Shown one piece after another: positions 60,650 to 64,000 of a stretch of 64,000 nucleotides of DNA. A program made the position numbers and the translations under genes. The notes under the pieces are model-generated. The model did no database searches. It saw only the letters and a list, made by a program, of their open reading frames with translations, and was not told where the DNA came from. The stretch is from an uncultured bacterium (GTDB taxonomy: Bacteria > Armatimonadota > Abditibacteriia > Abditibacteriales > Abditibacteriaceae), in contig CAWJLW010000006.1 of the NCBI GenBank assembly GCA_963843795.1, positions 558,001-622,000 of the forward strand. Direction: 5' to 3'. The first letter of the stretch is position 1; each line of letters opens with the position of its first letter.

Positions 60650-61414
60650 TTACTTAGTCGCGGCACCCGCGGGCTTGATAACGGCGTTGGCGGGCGCTGT
60701 CACGATTTTTGGTGCGAATTCGCTCCACAGCGTCGCCACATCCTTGCCAGTTAGGGTTCGCCAAATTTCGGGCGAGTAAGTGCCTTCGCGCAACGCTTTG
60801 TCCAGCGTGGGAACTAAACGCTTGTCGTATTTGCCTGTCACCCACGCTAAAAATGCCGCCGTGATGCGGTAACTGTTGTCGTAGTTATTCTTTTCGGGGT
60901 CGATTTTTGGGCGCGGACCTTCGGGTTCAAAGCGCCACCAGCGCGTGAAATCGGCGATGCCTTCGACCAGCCAACCCGGCTTGTTCGGGCTGTTGGGATA
61001 CGACTGCACCAGATGCGTTAATTCGTGAACCATCATGCCGAAATCATCGGGATGAGCCGTAATCCACGGGCCACTGACGTAAATATTGCCGCCGGTCGCA
61101 TAAGCTGGCGCGTCTTGCTTGCGCTGAAAAACCAGCTTGACTTCTGCGGGTTCTTTCATGCCTTGCGTTGAAAGCATTTGCCAGATGATCGGATACCATT
61201 CTTCGGTTACTTTCTGCGCTTTTTCTGCCCACGCCCGACCCTCGGGATAATCTGTTGTGTCGATGACGATTTTCGGCGGCGCTTTCATCGCTGGTGCGAG
61301 CGGATAAATGTAAGCATCCAGAGGTTTGGGTACTTGCGCCTGCGCGCTGGTGCCAAAAGTTGCAAAGCCACACAAAGCGGTAGCGATCATCGGAGTGAAA
61401 AATCGTGATTTCAT
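60650..61414 (-). CDS. Basic secretory protein (BSP) family zinc peptidase
   Basis: Signal peptide, PAYATG, HELTHLVQ (HExxH), PGWLVEGIADF, Y..TAAFL.W. Confidence 0.88.
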   Translation of the reverse strand: MKSRFFTPMIATALCGFATFGTSAQAQVPKPLDAYIYPLAPAMKAPPKIVIDTTDYPEGRAWAEKAQKVTEEWYPIIWQMLSTQGMKEPAEVKLVFQRKQDAPAYATGGNIYVSGPWITAHPDDFGMMVHELTHLVQSYPNSPNKPGWLVEGIADFTRWWRFEPEGPRPKIDPEKNNYDNSYRITAAFLAWVTGKYDKRLVPTLDKALREGTYSPEIWRTLTGKDVATLWSEFAPKIVTAPANAVIKPAGAATK

Positions 61415-61440
61415 AGATAAAGTGTTTTCTGTCTGTTAAG

Positions 61441-62991
61441 TCAGCTTGCGCCCTTTGTCGTAACCATCGCTTTCAGCGTTTTGAACAACAATTTCACATC
61501 GAGCCACAGGCTCCAGTTGTCGATATATTCCAAGTCCATGCGCATCCATTCGTCTACGTCGGTCACATCGTTGCGGCCCGAAGCCTGCCATATACAGGTG
61601 AGTCCGCCTTTGACCGAGAGTTTACGTTTGTGCCACGCTTGCAAATCGGCGACTTCTTTAGGCAGTGGCGGACGAGGGCCAACCAAGCTCATATCGCCGC
61701 GCAGCACGTTCCAGAATTGTGGCAGTTCGTCGATAGACGTTTTGCGAATAAAGCGTCCGACGCGCGTGATGCGCGGATCGTCGCCGTCGCGCGCTTTGAA
61801 AAATGGTTCTTCCATGATGTTGATGGCGCGATATTTTTCCGGCTCTTCGCGCTTCATGGTTTCCAAAATTTCCTGCGCCCGAACGTGCATGGAGCGGAAT
61901 TTATAGAACGGGAACAAACGACCATTTAAGCCAACGCGTTGCTGAGTGAAAAAGACTGGCCCGCCATCGCCCATTTTGATCAAGAGGGCGACAATCGGAA
62001 AGACTGGAATGATAAAAGTCAAGACCAAAATCGCAATCAATGCGATAGTACGATCCATTACGTCTTTGACCGCTAAAGCAACGGTGTTTTGCGGCGTGTT
62101 GTGCAAAACCATCGTCGGCATATTGCCCATCATATGGGCTTCGACTTTGGCGTTCATCGGCGGCGCCATGTCATCGACCAAGCTGACCGTGTTGCCGCGT
62201 TCCAAGCACATTTCCAAAATATCGCCCCACGCGATAGTTTTTTCGCGCAGTTCGCTAATCGAGCGCACCAGAATAACTTCATCGACCACGTCGCGGTCTA
62301 AAATCGCACTCAGTTCGCGCAAAGTGCCGATGTGAGGAATTTTTTCATCATCGGTTGGCACCGTGTCATCGTAAACGTAGCCCAGTAATCGCGAGCGCGA
62401 GTAAGCGGGCGTTTCAAGCACTTTGGCGAAATTGGCTGCAGCGCTGTGCGGGCCAATCACGATCATATTGCGCATCGCGCGCGCCCCACGACGTTGGGCC
62501 AATGGTAACAAAAGAGTGCGTTGCAGCCATAAGAAAGTGACGCCAAGGATAATGAAACCCATCAGCAATAAGCGGCTGATATCGAGTTTGAACAAAACGA
62601 TGAACACCGTAATTGCGACAGTTCCCAGCAAACCCGCATAAGCACACATCGCAAATTCTTGTCGCGCAGTGCGTTGAATTTGCGGATCGTAGCCGCGCTG
62701 AGTGTTGAGGAAAAACAGCCATGCTGGAATCGCCAGATACATCAGCCAGAGGTGTTTTTGGATGTTGACCAATGGATTGCTCGAAAGCAGAATCTGATAA
62801 GTGTTCGGTGAAATTTCGCCGACACGACGCACCATCGGCTTTAAATTCGAGCCGAACAATGCTGCTGTGTGCACCAAAAATTCGCCCAGCCCACCACGCA
62901 AAAACCACACGCAGAAAAACGCCACCATTAAAGTGGCCACATCCAGAGCCAATGACAGCATGACATGAGCCGTCCGTTGCGCTTTCAACAT
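61441..62991 (-). CDS. Priming polyprenyl-phosphate sugar-phosphotransferase (WcaJ/WbaP-like)
   Basis: N-terminal TMs, CoA-binding-like domain, YKFRSM, DPRITRVGRFIRKTSIDELPQFWNVLRGDMSLVGPRP, DLEYIDNWS. Confidence 0.95.
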   Translation of the reverse strand: MLKAQRTAHVMLSLALDVATLMVAFFCVWFLRGGLGEFLVHTAALFGSNLKPMVRRVGEISPNTYQILLSSNPLVNIQKHLWLMYLAIPAWLFFLNTQRGYDPQIQRTARQEFAMCAYAGLLGTVAITVFIVLFKLDISRLLLMGFIILGVTFLWLQRTLLLPLAQRRGARAMRNMIVIGPHSAAANFAKVLETPAYSRSRLLGYVYDDTVPTDDEKIPHIGTLRELSAILDRDVVDEVILVRSISELREKTIAWGDILEMCLERGNTVSLVDDMAPPMNAKVEAHMMGNMPTMVLHNTPQNTVALAVKDVMDRTIALIAILVLTFIIPVFPIVALLIKMGDGGPVFFTQQRVGLNGRLFPFYKFRSMHVRAQEILETMKREEPEKYRAINIMEEPFFKARDGDDPRITRVGRFIRKTSIDELPQFWNVLRGDMSLVGPRPPLPKEVADLQAWHKRKLSVKGGLTCIWQASGRNDVTDVDEWMRMDLEYIDNWSLWLDVKLLFKTLKAMVTTKGAS

Positions 62992-63176
62992 CCTGTTAAA
63001 TTCACCTCGTAATTAGATTTCCAATCAGTGCGCCGTCTTACATTGTAAAACATAATCGCACCCGACGCGCATTTGGCGCAATTTGCACAGCACAATTTCG
63101 CATCACTTGCATAAGTCGTAGCAAACAATTCGCCTTTTGTGCCGTGCAAGTACTTGCAACACGATTTTCATACCAA

Positions 63177-63208
63177 AAACGGCGGCCTTCAATTGAAGGC
63201 CGCCGTTT
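63177..63208 (-). terminator. Terminator after glnA
   Basis: Perfect palindrome AAACGGCGGCCTTCAATTGAAGGCCGCCGTTT. Confidence 0.8.
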
Positions 63209-63240
63209 CTATTTTGCAGGAACTTGCACCCGAATTTAAA

Positions 63241-64000
63241 TTACACGTCAAAGTACAACGAGAATTCGTAGGGATGCGGGCGCAGACGCAGCGCGTCCAC
63301 GTCGCCACGCTTGAGGTCGATATACATTTCGATCAAGTCGTCGGTGAAAACGCCACCGGCTTTCAAGAATTCGTTGTCTTCTTCCAATGCATCCAACACG
63401 GCTTCCAAGCTTCCGGGCACGGTCGGGATGCCTTCTTTTTCTTCCGGCTCCAATTCATACAAATCCTTGTCGAACGGATCGCCTGGCTCGATTTTGTTTT
63501 TGATGCCATCCAAACCGGCCATTAACTGAGCGGCCAAAGACAAATAAATGTTGCCGGTTACGTCAGGCGTGCGGAATTCGATGCGCTTGGCTTTGGCCTT
63601 GTCGCCGGTGAGGGGAATACGCACCGCTGCCGAGCGGTTGCCCTGAGAATACAGCAGGTAAATCGGCGCTTCGTAGCCCGGAACCAGACGATGATACGAG
63701 TTGGTGCTGGCGTTGGTGAAAGCCAGAACGGCGGGAGCGTGCTTCAAAATGCCGCCGATATACCAACGCGCCAAATCGGACAGGCCTGCGTAGCCGTTGG
63801 CATCATACATTAGCGTATCGCCATTCTTCCACAAAGATTGATGACAGTGCATACCGGTGCCGTTATCACCGAAAATCGGTTTGGGCATAAAGGTCGCGGT
63901 CAGCCCATGACGCGCGGCGGTATTTTTGACGATGTACTTGTGAATCATCATCTTGTCGGCCATTTTTTCGATGGTGTCGAGAGAAATGCCGATTTCACAC
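63241..64000 (-). CDS. glnA: Glutamine synthetase type I, 3' part (5' end lies outside the window)
   Basis: [53 protein letters not shown] adenylylation loop. Confidence 0.97.
   Translation of the reverse strand, partial: CEIGISLDTIEKMADKMMIHKYIVKNTAARHGLTATFMPKPIFGDNGTGMHCHQSLWKNGDTLMYDANGYAGLSDLARWYIGGILKHAPAVLAFTNASTNSYHRLVPGYEAPIYLLYSQGNRSAAVRIPLTGDKAKAKRIEFRTPDVTGNIYLSLAAQLMAGLDGIKNKIEPGDPFDKDLYELEPEEKEGIPTVPGSLEAVLDALEEDNEFLKAGGVFTDDLIEMYIDLKRGDVDALRLRPHPYEFSLYFDV

Overview
Bacterial chromosomal window of mostly housekeeping and envelope genes, probably from a diderm Terrabacteria lineage such as Armatimonadota/Abditibacteriota (inferred from spoVS and rny alongside Lnt, a secretin and a DUF1559 prepilin-like gene). 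It holds a polysaccharide cluster, clcA-crcB, nadB, eno-ftsB, lnt, larE, spoVS, a frameshifted rny, aroC, a pilMNOP-(Gly-rich)-secretin operon, hisG-coaE-moxR, three Tad pseudopilins, hemL, VIT-vWA, a metal-related gene block, an ECF sigma/anti-sigma pair, a priming sugar transferase and the 3' end of glnA. The strongest unexplained signal is the 12-bp palindrome GCAAGTACTTGC. I counted at least 37 exact copies by hand (about 1 per 1.7 kb; chance expectation about 0.004). Thirty are intergenic, often at the apex of terminator-like palindromes, and 7 lie inside genes in all three frames, like a DNA-uptake sequence or HIP1-type iterated palindrome. Second, a Cys/His-rich leader ORF ending in PSRGPP (DUF2946/CruR-like), hidden by a frameshift, lies just upstream of a His/Met-rich prepilin-like gene. 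Also noted: a GTAG-type REP doublet, a PilM with a ~390-aa acidic insertion, and three apparent +1 frameshifts that may be assembly errors. All calls come from reading the sequence; no searches were run.
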